Assembly: GCF_006345805.1 (NCBI RefSeq)
Contig: NC_043019.1
Coordinates: forward strand, 5,083,360-5,147,359
Reading direction: 5' to 3'
Source: Octopus sinensis
Lineage: Eukaryota
DNA length: 64,000 nt
In this document: positions 1-12,220 of the stretch, one piece after another
Layout of the letters: each line of letters starts with the position of its first letter
How positions within the stretch are numbered: the first letter of the stretch is position 1
The notes under the pieces: model-generated
Database searches by the model: none
Told to the model about the DNA's origin: nothing
What the model saw: the letters and a program-made list of their open reading frames with translations, nothing else
Position numbers and translations under genes: made by a program

Positions 1-152
1 CCATAAACAAACCAATACTACTTGTCAAACAGTGGGGGGGGGAAGCTGACACAAAAATAACCCCATACACACACACACACACGTGTGCAATCATCAGTAA
101 AATAGAGTAGATCTGCAGAAATACAATGTACAACTTCAGAAACCAAGTTTAA

Positions 153-372
153 CATTTAGCATTTAAACCGGTCATATCCGGCCCAAATTTTCTACTGCTT
201 TTATGTCCAAACCAACTAGATCTGGTCTCTCACTCATATCCTACAATGACATCCTCAAAATAAAACCATCACATCATCAAATTCTCAGAGCTACAAGATA
301 ATGCAGGATTAATTCAAAACAATGTGAATGAAAAAGCATTATATTTGACAGAGTAATCTGAACACCAAAGGG
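153..372 (+). mobile_element. piggyBac-like MITE family E
   Basis: TTAA flanks, degenerate CCCTTTAG/CTAAAGGG termini, homologous to copies at 23117 and 43087. Confidence 0.75.
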
Positions 373-609
373 TTAAACATAAAAGATTTCAATTTTATTG
401 GGATTCAGGTTTTACCTAGTTTTGCTCATACAATGACTGCAGCTGAATAGAGAGAGAAAAAAAAACATTTTAAAAAAAATCTGATTCGTCTTTTCAAAGA
501 AAATGAGAAAAAAAAAACCCAAAAGCCTTCTTCAGTCTGTGAATCTTTTGCTCTGTTTGCCTGTTTTTCAACTTTCATATTTTCATACCATTTCCAGACT
601 GGTTTTAAA

Positions 610-615
610 TTTATT
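610..615 (-). terminator. Candidate polyadenylation signal AATAAA of DNAJC7 (second candidate at 394-399)
   Basis: tttatt on the + strand, downstream of the stop codon. Confidence 0.35.
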
Positions 616-790
616 TTAATTTAGATTTCTTTTTTGTTATTCCGTATCCTTTTTTTAAATTTTTTTTTCAAAATTGAAGCCAAAGTTTCAAGTCTTGAGT
701 CTTTTCAAACTAAATTTTCTCAAGTGATCCTGTTTTTTTTTTCTTTCTTCTTCCTTTTCTCTTATATTTTTTTACATTCTTGGAAATTCC

Positions 791-903
791 TCAACCAAAT
801 TGGAAGGTAAAACCAGAGAAACCTTGGTTTCCCATTGGTGAGCGGAACGAACAGTTCTGGTTACCAAAAAATGTTGCAAATATCTGAGTAGGATCTATTT
901 GAT
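791..903 (-). CDS. DNAJC7: DNAJC7 last coding exon (DQIDPTQIFATFFG...FTFQFG*)
   Basis: ttttcag acceptor at 904-906, phase 1. The C-terminal FxFQFG resembles the DNAJC7 C-terminus. TGA stop at 791-793. Confidence 0.93.
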
Positions 904-971
904 CTGAAAAAAAAGAAAGAAAAAAAAAGTACTCACAAAGACATACACCCACCACACATTTAAAGAGGAAG

Positions 972-1335
972 AGAGACAGACGGACGGACGGACAGACAGA
1001 CAGACAGACAGACGACAGACAGACAGACAGACAGACAGACGACAGACAGACGACAGACAGACAGACGAGCGACAGACAGACAGACAAGCAACAGACAGAC
1101 AGACGAGCGACAGACAGACAGACGAGCAACAGACAGACGACAGACAAACCAGCAGACGACAGATGGACAGACGGGAGACAGACGGACAGGAGATAGATAG
1201 ATGGCAGATGATAGATAGATGGCAGATGATAGACAGATGACAGATGGATAGAGATACATAGACAGATGATAGATAAGATACATAGACGGATGGATAGATA
1301 CATAAACAAATAGATATGTAGATATACATACATAC
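972..1335. repeat. Compound (GACG/GACA/GATA)n microsatellite
   Basis: Tetranucleotide repeats seen directly. Source of the spurious ORFs at 791-1348. Confidence 0.95.
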
Positions 1336-1357
1336 ATTTATACTGCAAATTGACTGC

Positions 1358-1534
1358 AGGTATTTTACAAGTTCATCAAAGTACTACATCAACCCTAGTG
1401 TTTCACTGGTAATTTTATCGATCCCAAACGGATGAAAGGTAAAGTCAATCTTGGCAGAATTTGAGCTCAGAACAAAGACAAAATGCTAAGCATTTTACCC
1501 AGTATGCTAACAATTCTTACAGCTTGCCAACTTA
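1358..1534 (-). mobile_element. Degenerate Nin-domain SINE (family B)
   Basis: Similar to the 8178-8596 copy (ggatgaaagg.aaagtc...gaatttga.ctcag). Confidence 0.65.
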
Positions 1535-1542
1535 AGTCTTGA

Positions 1543-1990
1543 TCATCATCATCATCATCATCGTTTAACGTCCGCTTTCCATGCTAGCATGGGTTGGACG
1601 ATTTTGACTGAGGGCTGGCAAACCAGATGGCTGCACCAGGCTCCAATCTTGATCTGGCAGAGTTTCTACAGCTGGATGCCCTTCCTAACGCCAACCACCC
1701 CGAGAGTGTAGTGGGTGTATTTTACGTGCCACCGGCACGGGAGCCAGTCAGGCGGTACTGGCAATGACCTCGCTCGAATCTTTTTACACATGCCACCGGC
1801 ACAGATGCCAGTAAGGTGACGTTGGTAACGATCACGCTCGAATGGTGCTCTTTTACATGCCACGGCACGGGGGCCAGTCAGGCGGTATTGGCAACGACCT
1901 CGCTCAAATCCTTTTACATATACCACCAGCACAGGTGCCAGTAAGGCAACGTTGGTAACGATCACGCTCGAACGGTGCCCTTTTACGTGG
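1543..1990 (-). mobile_element. RTE LINE 3'-UTR fragment (family C) with (GAT)n tail and internal ~125-bp duplication
   Basis: Same sequence as the 3' ends of the RT-bearing copies at 38761 and 57970. Confidence 0.85.
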
Positions 1991-2329
1991 ATATTGATAA
2001 ATAGTCAGCTCATTTGAAAACTAGTCCCTCCACATATCTACCTACCTACCTATCACCATTTAATGTCTATTTTCCCTGCTGGCATGGTTTCTATGGCTGG
2101 ACAATTCTCCTAATGGCAACCACTTTACAGAATATACAGACTGCTTTTTGCATGGCAAGATTGCAAAAGGAGAATGAGGGTTTGTTACGAGGATATGTTG
2201 TGGGGAAGGGATTCAACAGGGAAGACTGAGAGACAGAAGGGAATAGAGTGCAGAAAATGTTGAGTACGGATGTGGGAAAGGGGGAGAAGTTGGGATATGA
2301 GGGAGAAGTTTTATATTATATTTACTAAT

Positions 2330-3075
2330 AAAAGGAAAATGCACACAGTTTACATTGTTTAAATAATATGTAATATATTTTATAAGTGAGTACTGTGTTT
2401 GCTGACCGGTTTCAATTTCGTTAATCATGACATTGAAATTATTGTAATTTCATATATTCTTAATTAGATTTCAGTCCATGTTGTGTATGGGGGTTTGTGA
2501 ATGAAATGAATCAACAGGTAGAAAACTATAAGGAGAGGTAATTGGCAATCGTTATTATTTGAGACAGAAGCAATAATTGCTCATTTTGGGGGGAGGGGTA
2601 AATAAATACACAAAAACTCAAAAGCTAAAACAGTGAGATAAAATATTTACTGTGATGTGTATGTGAACAGGAATTAAATATATACTGAAATCACAGTTAG
2701 TTATGCTTTCATATTTAGGTGTGTTCTGTATTTTTTGATAAATATATTTTCTTTATTTAAACATTCTTGTACAGAAATTGTTTCTTTGCACTGGTAGATG
2801 GGAGAAACTGAAGTTTGATTATTACCTGCACATCTCTATATGTTTTCACTCAAAGGAATCTGTCAGTACTGTGGTAAACGGACCAGTTCCTTATATAGTG
2901 TGGTTCTCCGTCTGTCCTATATAGTTATGTCCACAACCTGAACAAGTTATAACATAAGCAAGATTCTCGGAAGCACGAGTGAAATTGGTTTTAATTGTGA
3001 ACCCCACTCTTTGTTTGAATAGGAATTTCAAGCCTTCCTGAGGCAGGAAGGCTCGGAATTCCCATTCAAACAAGG
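2330..3075 (-). mobile_element. Penelope-like element 3' remnant with GIY-YIG endonuclease (NLAYVITCSGCGHNYIGQT)
   Basis: GIY-YIG motif with the CxxC insert typical of PLEs. Inverted partner at 3120-3715. Confidence 0.8.
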
Positions 3076-3119
3076 AGAGATGTTCACACTTAAAACAAAC
3101 TTCACTTGTGCCTCACCTC

Positions 3120-3715
3120 CAAGAATCTATTTATGTTATAACTTGTTCAGGTTGTGGACATAACTATATAGGACTATGGTACTTAGACAGAGAACCACAC
3201 TATATAAGGAACAGGTCCGTTGATCACAAAACAAGATTCCTTTGAGTGAACACAGAGATGTGCAGGTAATATCCAACCAAACTCTACAGTCTTTCCCCAT
3301 TCACCTGTGCAAAGAAACAATTTCCGTACAAGAACATTTAAAGAAAACATATTTATAGAAAAATACAGAACACGCCTAAATATGAAGGCATAACTAACTG
3401 TGATCTCAGTACATATTCAATTCATGTTCACATACACATCACTGTAAATATTTCATCTATTTTAGCTCTTGAGTTTTCGTATATTTACGAAAAATGAGCA
3501 ATTATCTCCCCTGTCCAGAATAATAACGATCACCAATTACCTCCCCTTACATTTTTTTCTATCTGTTGATTCATTTCATTCACAAACCCACCATACACAA
3601 TAGGGAATAAAATCTTTTTTTACGAAATTACAATAATTTCAATGTCGTGATTAGCAAAAGCGGTCGACAAACACAATACTCTTTAAAACTATGTAAACTG
3701 TGCATTTTTCTTCTT
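3120..3715 (+). mobile_element. Penelope-like element 3' remnant, inverted relative to 2330-3075
   Basis: ttatgttataacttgttcaggttgtggacataactatatagga encodes YVITCSGCGHNYIG. Colinear reverse complement of 2330-2965. Confidence 0.8.
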
Positions 3716-3750
3716 TTATTTTATACATAAATTTTTTGCTTTATCTATTA

Positions 3751-4253
3751 CTAGCAGTATCGCCCGGCGTTGCTCGGGTTTGTAAGGGAAATAACTATAT
3801 AAGCATTTTTAGAGAGTTACTTCCCTTATAAATTCGGGCTTTCTTAGCCATTTTTGTTTTGGTGTCAAGCCATGAAGTCGTTGTTCTAAAAGAACGCTGG
3901 TTTCCTTCACAACGCATTACGACGTTGATTTCTTTACACTCCCTTCCCCACAGCTTCACGAGGGAGGGAAGGGGGAGAAGCAAACAGGTGCAGCTGTGAG
4001 CGTGGACGCCAACTCCGCCGCCATCGACACACGATGCATTTTATGCATTAAAATGGAATAAAAAATGATGTTAAATTATTTTTAAAATCGTAGACTCATC
4101 GTTGACGCGCGCTAATAGTCAGACGGGCTCGATATGAATCACGACTATAAGATACCCGAATTTGGTTAAACTGCACCGCAAAATGTGGGAGGAGTTAGGA
4201 ATCTAAATCGAAGGGGACAGACACTCACACAACTAGAGTTTTATATATATAGA
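3751..4253 (-). mobile_element. Non-autonomous Helitron
   Basis: On the minus strand it starts A|TC(TATATATATAAAA), ends with hairpin CCCGAGCAACGCCGGG then CTAG|T, and has no TSD. Confidence 0.85.
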
Positions 4254-4825
4254 TATAAAATCCATTCTGTCTGTCTGTGTGTGTGTCTTCTAGGATCTCG
4301 GGCATCCTCCATCCGATTGCGATCAAATTTGATAAGTACATACCGACAGTATCAGGGCGTGTATAAGTCTTGACAAAATTACAAAAATCGATTCCAGGTG
4401 AGAATGCGATCGATAAAGCTGTGGGAACGTGCATTTGTACACGCAAGTACATCATCTGTTGCAATCGATACTATGCGTACGTGAGAAAAATGCACGTGCA
4501 GTTTGCGCAAAGAAAAGCCGGCTGGCTTGAAATAAATGCCACAAAATGCAGTATATTTAAGAGACCAAAAAAGTAAGAGGCAAAAGAGATATTTTCTTCA
4601 AACTTGGCATGAAGGAAGGAAAGACTATTTGGTTTTTCAAGTTTTTTTTTTGGCCTTAACTTTCTATCTTTATTTCTTCTTTTGCTGGTGTCTCAAATTT
4701 AGGTTAAATCAGTGTTTCTCAAAGGGGAGGCCTATGGGACGGTCGGACAAGTTGTTTTGAGAACATTTGGTTTAAATGTTTGACAACTCAGCACCATCCA
4801 TTGGACGGCGGGTATTTTGCTCATG
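4254..4825 (+). mobile_element. Older Helitron-like element interrupted by the 3751-4253 Helitron
   Basis: Removing the insert restores TCTATTA|TATAAAATCCATTCTGTCTGTCTG. Degenerate GC-rich end near 4800-4825. Confidence 0.5.
4710..4769. mobile_element. 60-bp hAT-type MITE
   Basis: CAGTGTTTCTCAAA...TTTGAGAACATTTG termini, 8-bp TSD ggttaaat/gtttaaat. Confidence 0.65.
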
Positions 4826-5452
4826 TGTGTATATATATATCAAAATAAGCAAACTACATTTTATTAAACACTGTTTACAGTGTTTAATAAAATGAAGTAG
4901 CATGAAACAATTGTACTACACTACCTTGGATATCCTTGTTGCTTATTTTGATTATAATCACCCCATTTGATTTATATGGATAATACCATACAAAATTCTG
5001 GTGCCTTTAACTTAAGTACCATATTCATCTGTGTGTGTATATATATATATATATATGACAGGCTTCTTTCGGTTTCCATCTACCAAATTCACTCATGAGG
5101 CTATAGTAGTAAACACTTGTCCAAGGTGCCATGCAATGGGACTGAACCCAGAACCCTGTGGTTAGGAAGCAGGCTTCTTACCATACAGCCATGTCTATAT
5201 TTTATATATATAATAATCAGATCAACTTCTTTAAAAAAGTTGTACGATAAGGAGAAAGAAAGAAAGAAAGAAAGAAATGCTATTTTTACAGTTAGTTCCC
5301 CATTTTAAACATCACAATGCATTGTTTGATGAAGTTTGAATAATTAACTGGTTTAACTATCAAACAGACATCTTTTAGGGGTTAGTCAACACCAACCCCT
5401 CAAATCAAGAAGTTACTGACTCAATGTCTAAGTTCAAATAAGAACTACTTAC

Positions 5453-5602
5453 CAAAACCAATATCATTATCGTCCATGTCGAAACCATTATCGTATCGAC
5501 ATCTTTTCTTGCTGTCGGAGAGAACATTGAATGCTTCACCAACTTCCTTGAATTTGGCCTCTTCTGACTTTTGAACTTCAGGATTATCGTGTGAATGACG
5601 AT
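5453..5602 (-). CDS. DNAJC7: DNAJC7 exon, second half of J-domain (DRHSH...[22 protein letters not shown])
   Basis: cag acceptor, gtaagt donor, 150 nt, phase 1-1, J-domain helix III/IV motif. Confidence 0.96.
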
Positions 5603-5711
5603 CTGAAATAGATAACATTCCAAGGTCAACGGAGTGAAGAAATATTCTGGACCCTTTTACAAGCATTTTATGTCCCAAGGCCACCAGTGTTCACTCATTC
5701 ACCCGTCAGAA

Positions 5712-6102
5712 GTTACTCTTCACTTGTTTCAGTCATTTGACTGCGGCCATGCTGGAGCACCGCCTTTAGTCGAGCAACTCGACACCGGGACTTATTCTTT
5801 GTAAGCCCAGTACTTATTCTATCGGTCTCTTTTGCCGAACTGCCAAGTGACAGGGACGTAAACACACCAGCATCGGTTGTCAAGCAATGCTAGGGGGACA
5901 AACACATACACACAAACACACACACATACATATATATACGACAGGCTTCTTTCAGTTTCCGTCTACCAAATACACTCACAAGGCATTGGTCGGCCCGGGG
6001 CTATAGCAGAAGACACTTGCCCAAGATGCCACGCAGTGGGACTGAACCCAGAACCATGTGGTTGGTTAGCAAGCTACTTACCACACAGCCACTCCTGCAC
6101 CT
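5712..6102 (-). mobile_element. tRNA-derived SINE family A, full length
   Basis: tRNA-like head (TGGCTGTGTGG, GGTTCAGTCC), CCTTGGGCAAGT core, central microsatellite, (GTAAAAGA)n tail. More than 15 copies in the window. Confidence 0.9.
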
Positions 6103-6627
6103 GTTAATGGAAGAAACTGAAAACACTTTGCATTGAGTCCTGAAAGTATTTTTGGGTCAACGAAACTTGCAAAAGGTCCAGTGCCTGACCATTCTTCAAT
6201 ATTTTGTCAAATTCACTTGATGAAAAGTCAGATATTGGAATGTGCATAGAAGACATAAATATATTATCTTGGTAATCACCATCAAAGCTTTAATTAACTA
6301 ATTGATTAAATCAGTATTTCTCAACCATGGTTTGTAAGCAGAACCCTTAAGATTCCTATTTTACTCCACTGGACTTCCATAGCCATTTGATGCACATAAA
6401 AAAATCCTACTGTAATTTCTATAATTAACCTTTTAACATTCAAACCAGCCATATCTGGTCGAAATATTCAACTTGTTTTATGCTTATAATGGCCAGATCC
6501 GACCTCTCACCTCAACCCTACAATGTCACTCTAAAACTAAATCACATCACTGAAATCTCTAAACCACAAGATGCATGATTATTTCAAAACAATATAAATA
6601 AATATATTTGACAAAGCAATCCGAATA

Positions 6628-7003
6628 GGCACAGGAGTGGCTGTGTGGCTGTTTGTTTACCAACCACATGGTTCCGGGTTCAGTCCCACTGCGTGGCACC
6701 TTAGGCAAGTTTCTTCTACTATAGCCTAGGTCCGACCAAAGCCTTGTGAGTGGATTTGGTAGACGGAAACTGAAAGAAGCCCGTCGTATATATGTATATA
6801 TATGCGTGTGTGTGTTTGTCCCCCTAGCATTGCTTGACAACCGATGCTGGTGTGTTTATGTCCCCGTTACTTAGCGGTTTGGCAAAAGAGACCGATAGAA
6901 TAAGTACTGGGCTTACAAAAGAATAAGTCTCGGTGTCAAGTTGCTCGATTAAAGGTGGTGCTCCAGCATGGCCGCAGTCAAATGACTGAAACAAGTAAAA
7001 GAG
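6628..7003 (+). mobile_element. SINE family A inserted into a family E MITE (6429-7015)
   Basis: Full head and tail. The MITE sequence resumes after the SINE (atgctaaaaggtta). Confidence 0.9.
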
Positions 7004-7269
7004 AATGCTAAAAGGTTACATATTACAAGGAATTGTATGAAAAATTTTAATATTTTGTTTTATTATAGAAGTAATTTATTTCACAAATTTTAACAAAATC
7101 TTATATGCAAAAAAATTGAGAACCACCAGATCAAATCATCAAATAAGCTATCACTCAACCATTTTCCAAAGTTTCAGGATAAAAAAGAAAAAAACTGAAG
7201 AAAATCCCAATAATTTAAGTGGGTTAATGTTACAGAATATAAGCAACAAAGGAAGGGATTAAAAGTTTC

Positions 7270-7684
7270 GAATCTTTTCGGTTTGAACGGCAGTTTTTAA
7301 CAATTTCTAGGTAACTAAACACTTTGAAACTTCGTATACTGGTAGAATGTGTTTATAAAACATCTTTTTCTCTTGGCTTTATTGAGAAAATTCTATAGTT
7401 TGTAAGATATTTGTTATTTTTTTCTTCAATTTTTGCAATTTCAACCAATCACTGACGTCTATTGAGGTAAATAACATTCTGTGCCGTATGAATATGTCCC
7501 TCGTTTAAGAAAACAGATTGGGTTTATTTACATTTCTGAAGAAAAAAAGATACCCTTCCCCCCACCCCTAACCCTAACCCTAAAACAGATTGAAATGCAA
7601 TAGATCGATACTAGGGTCATAATTATGGGTGACAATTTCATATGACACTGCTAGAAAAAACTGCTGTTCAAACCGAAAAGATCC
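7270..7684. mobile_element. Merlin-like MITE family D
   Basis: About 29-bp TIR GGATCTTTTCGGTTTGAACGGCAGTTTTT, 8-bp TSD aaagtttc, internal (CCCTAA)n. Confidence 0.9.
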
Positions 7685-8177
7685 AAAGTTTCTTCCTTGG
7701 AAAGTTCATCATTTCTTTTAGAACTAAGCTGAACATTAAATTGGCAGGATTCATGCAATTTCTGGAAGTAAAAGACTCCACAAACTTGTACTGGAAGGGA
7801 GAAGTTCAATAAAAAATATCAACCTTAATGACAGTACAAGGATTTCATGGGGTAAACAGTGTGCAACAATAAGCTAGTTTTGTTTTTCTAACATCCTTTG
7901 CACTTTTACTATTGGCTTCTGCTACAAGAATAGCAACTCTTGAAGGCAGGAGAACAAGTGCAAGACAGATGCTGGATTTGAAATAAATTTTTGAAAGTAA
8001 AATAAAAAAAAAAAAATTAAAAAATAAAAAACAATTGGCAACAGTGAGAATGAAGTATTCGTTCCAGAAACAAGTGAAAATATGTTAAATATTTTTCTTG
8101 TAAATTCTGTTGAACAAACTAAATTTAATCAGTCTTTCTTGTTGACGAAGTTACTGATTACAAATTCCTGAAATACT

Positions 8178-8596
8178 TATTTATTTACTACCCACAAGAG
8201 GCTAAACACAGAGAGGACAAACAAGGACAGACAAACGGATTAAGTCGATTATATCGACCCCAGTGTGTAACTGGTACTTATTTAATCGACCCCGAAAGGA
8301 TGAAAGGCAAAGTCGACCTCGGTGGAATTTGAACTTTGAATGTAGCGGCAGACGAAATACCTATTTCTTTACTACCCACAAGGTGCTAAACACAGAGAGG
8401 GACAAACAAGGACAGACAAAGGGATTAAGTTGATAATATCGACCCCAGTGCGTAACTGGTACTTATTTAATCGACCCTGAAAGGATGAAAGGCAAAGTCG
8501 ACCTCGGCGGAATTTGAACTCAGAACGTAACGGCAGACGAAATACCGCAAAGCACTTCGCCCAGCGTGCTAACGTTTCTGCCAGCTCACCGCCTTA
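8178..8596 (-). mobile_element. Nin-domain SINE (family B) with tandemly duplicated 3' portion
   Basis: GCCTTTCATCCTTTCGGGGTCGAT...AAGTACCAG domain, 16-bp TSD aaattcctgaaatact (8162-8177, 8597-8612). Confidence 0.88.
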
Positions 8597-8784
8597 AAAT
8601 TCCTGAAATACTAATGAGACTTTGCAGTGGTCCTGCTCCCAGTATTTTAAAATTATCATTCTTGTTTGGTACTAGTATGTCTAAACTTTTAGTTACTATA
8701 TTGCTAACAAAAATATCTTTATATATAAGACATGAGCAATAGACCAGCATGCGGGGAAGAAAATTACAACTGCTTATTTAACTA

Positions 8785-9001
8785 ACATTTAAACCAGCTA
8801 TATCTGGCCCAAATATCCTACCTGTTTAAGGTTCAAACTGGCCACATCCAGCCTCTCACACCTACCATACAATATCATTCTAAAAATAAACAATCACATC
8901 ATTGAATTCTGAAAGCCACAAGGTAATGCATGGCTAATTGAAAACAATGTAAATAAATTAGCATCAAATTTGACAGAGCAAGCTGAATGCTAAACAGGTT
9001 G
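8785..9001 (+). mobile_element. Family E MITE, diverged
   Basis: Homologous to 23117-23337. Confidence 0.7.
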
Positions 9002-9371
9002 AAGTGAGATATTATACAAAGGATCTTCAAGCCCTATTACGAACCTAGGGGAAAATATCCACAGACAAAGGATGGTAGGATATAAAGGCTAGAATTGATT
9101 TCTGGCAATAGATGCCAGGTAAGTTCATAAAAGTAGCATGGGAAGATCTGTAAGGCAGACCCTGGGTACTGGTGTGGATTGAAGTATGGTGCTAGTCAGT
9201 AAGAGCTAGGATAGAATGTAGTACGGACATCAACAACTCATACCATAAACAAAAAAAATATTCCAACTGGTATTTTAATTGCTGACAATTTAGCAACTAT
9301 GGTAATATAAACAGGGACATAATTGTGAATACAAACAGGATGGATATTTAGATAACAAAAAGATTTAATTT

Positions 9372-9886
9372 CGTTTTTGGATTTGGTTTGCAAGATTCTC
9401 TATGTGAGTTTGTGTGTTGAAGCATATTCTGTTGTGTCTGGGGAGAGTCATTTTCTTTTGGTGCCTTGTAATTTAACATACTCACTGGTAAAATTCCCAC
9501 TTATTTCTCACACACACATACATAGAAAATACACAAACACGGACAGGCAAACACATAAATATGCAGGATACGTACATACATATGCACACACATACATACA
9601 TATGCATACACACACATATATATACATACATACACATGCAAACACACATACATACATACATGTATGCATGTATAGGCACACACGCACACACTGACCCACA
9701 CACATGTGCACAAACAAACAAAAGGGAACGCAGTGTAAATAATGGACAGAGTCAAGACTATTGAAAAGGTTGCAAGACGCAACGAAAATATTAGGAAAAT
9801 AAAAATAAGAAATAAGTGGAAATTTTACAGGTGAGTGTGTTAAATTATAAGGCACAAAAAGAGAATGACTCTCCCCAGACACAACA
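9372..9886. mobile_element. Fold-back element family F (PLE-like terminus) with internal CA/TA microsatellite
   Basis: Inverted arms tgttgtgtctggggagagtcatt.../...aatgactctccccagacacaaca. Hammerhead-like motif at 9758-9794. Confidence 0.75.
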
Positions 9887-10349
9887 AAAAGATTTATATT
9901 AAAAGGTGAAATAATTAGTACACAAAAAAAAGTTGCTGATCCTTACTCAACCAAATGTGGATGTCACACAATTTGTAAGTGTAGGTTATAACGAATCCAT
10001 GGGTTGAGATTAAATTGAACCAGAGAAGTTGATGCCCAGTGATAGACTGGGTCAGAATAGGGGCACTAACCGCTCTGCTATATCTAACCACTCCAAAGGG
10101 AAGAGGAGAAGAAGTGATGCAACCATCTTCAGTTTCAATGCAAAGACAGCTGTTCAGAAAAAAAATTAAATTACTGTTGGGAGAAAGATAAAAATCTGTA
10201 AAGATCAGTTTCCAATCATTGTGGTAGTTTTGATAATAGTTCAAGCATAATTAGCAAACATTCATTAACAATCAAATTGGGTTGGCACAGAACCAAAAAA
10301 TTACCCGACTGGAAATCAATCCAAACTTATAAAAGAGACAGATCCTTAC

Positions 10350-10496
10350 CAGGATGGTGTATCAAGGCCCGTTTCTTGTATGCTTTCTTAATTTCTTCAT
10401 CAGTTGCAGTTTTGTTGACACCAAGAATTTTGTAATAGTCCTTCCGTTTACTTTTCTTTAGAGTTAGTTTGGCATCAGCCAATAATTGTTTGTTTT
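10350..10496 (-). CDS. DNAJC7: DNAJC7 exon, first half of J-domain ([14 protein letters not shown]...[13 protein letters not shown])
   Basis: cag/gtaagg sites, 147 nt, phase 1-1. The HPD motif is completed across the splice junction. Confidence 0.97.
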
Positions 10497-10742
10497 CTGA
10501 AGAAACACAGAAAGAAACATCAGGTTTACATCATAAAACAAACTGATATCAATATTGTAATAAAGGTTAACATTCTTTTTTCTCTACCAATGTCTACACA
10601 AAACAATTGGGCTACTTTTCTCAGTATAGTTAGCAAAATAAGCACTAAACACTCAACAAGATAGTGCTTTATACACAATAGATGATGCATGGTTAACAAT
10701 ATGAATCTAACAAGATTTGAACTCAGAACAAAATTATCTGTC

Positions 10743-11155
10743 GGATCTTTTCGGTTTGACCGGCAGTTTTTTTTAAAATAATTTCCACGTAACTAAACAC
10801 TTTGAAACTTCGTATACTGGTAGAATGTGTTCATAAAACATCTTTTTCTCTTGGCTTTATTTAGAAAATTCTATAGTTTGTATGATATTTGTTGTTTTTT
10901 TTCTTCAATTTCTGCAATTTCAACAAATCAATGACGTCTATTGAGGTGAAAACATTCTGTACCGAATGAATATGTCCCTCATTTAAGAAACAGATTGGGT
11001 TTATTTACATTTGTGAAGAAAAAAAGATACCCTTCTCCCCACCCCTAACCCTAACACAGATTGAAATGCAATAGATCGATACTAGGGTCATAATTATGGG
11101 TGACAATTTCATATGACACCGCTAGAAAAAACTGCCGTTCAAACCAAAAAGATCC
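10743..11155. mobile_element. Merlin-like MITE family D
   Basis: Same TIRs, TSD tatctgtc/tatcggtc. Confidence 0.9.
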
Positions 11156-11942
11156 TATCGGTCAAGTTTGGTACTAGTGTGTCTTTAACCTTTTAGTCAC
11201 TTATATCGCTAACCAAAATACACCCTTTATATGTTTCAGTTAAATTCTAAAATAATTATGAATTTAAACTGGTTTCATAAAACTTTTTTTTTATTAATCA
11301 ACATATGTGACTATTGGAACAAAATTTTTAAAAATATTCTGAACCAAACCTATTTCATAATTTTGTCTAATTACAGGTAAGTATAAATTAATTCAAGAAA
11401 ATATAAAATCAATTAAATATGGCTTAAACATCAGCATAGAAAATGAGTTACTAGCTAACATTCAATGAGTACACAACAAAATTTTAAAACAGAAGAATTG
11501 TGCAAATTACTGGATTATCTATCTATGTTGGACTTAATGCCCCTAAGTGCAGGTGTGCCATAAAAATATCAAAATAAAACTGAAGAAAACACTGGAATGT
11601 CTTTGAAAGAAACTAGGAAATGACATACATCCCATCAACTATATGAACTCACATGCACACATAAATACAAGAAGCATGATTCACAATTCAAATTGCCACA
11701 CACCTTACAGGTAAATTAAAATTACAAGGTAACTAAGAAATAAAAACAAGCTAAATTTGAAAAAAATATCTATAAATCAAGTTTACACACACACACAATA
11801 TTCCTAAAAATGCTTGAATTTCTAATTTTCATTCAAGCACGTGGGAAACCTCAGACAAATTTTCTCTTCTTTATGTTCTGCATAATTCATTTCTGCAGTT
11901 ATCAGCTTCATTTCCTTGGAAACACTGTAGACAGGTCTAATA

Positions 11943-12220
11943 TCATTATCATCATCGTTTAACGTCTGTTTTCCATGCTAGCATGGGTTGGAAGATTTTG
12001 ACTGAGGGCTGGCAAACCAGATGGCTGCACCAGGCTCCAGTCTTGATATGGCAGAGTTTCTACAGCTGGATGCCCTTCCTAACGCCAACCACTCCGAGAG
12101 TGTAGTGGGTGCTTTTTATGTGCCACCTGCACAGAGGCCAGTCAGGCGATACTGGCAATGAGCTCGCTCGAATCTTTTTACACGTGCCAGTGAAGCGATG
12201 TTGGTAATGATCACACTCGT
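11943..12220 (-). mobile_element. RTE 3'-UTR fragment (family C)
   Basis: Homologous to 1543-1990. Confidence 0.85.

Noticed and set aside
791-1348. 185-aa, 144-aa and 125-aa ORFs
   Set aside because: Microsatellite translations. Only 791-903 is real exon.
5877-6107. Recurring ORFs such as MSSNARGTN... and RRASFSFRLPNPLTR...
   Set aside because: Translations of SINE family A, repeated at every copy.
7560-7582. Interstitial telomere or fusion site
   Set aside because: The CCCTAA repeats are internal to MITE family D.
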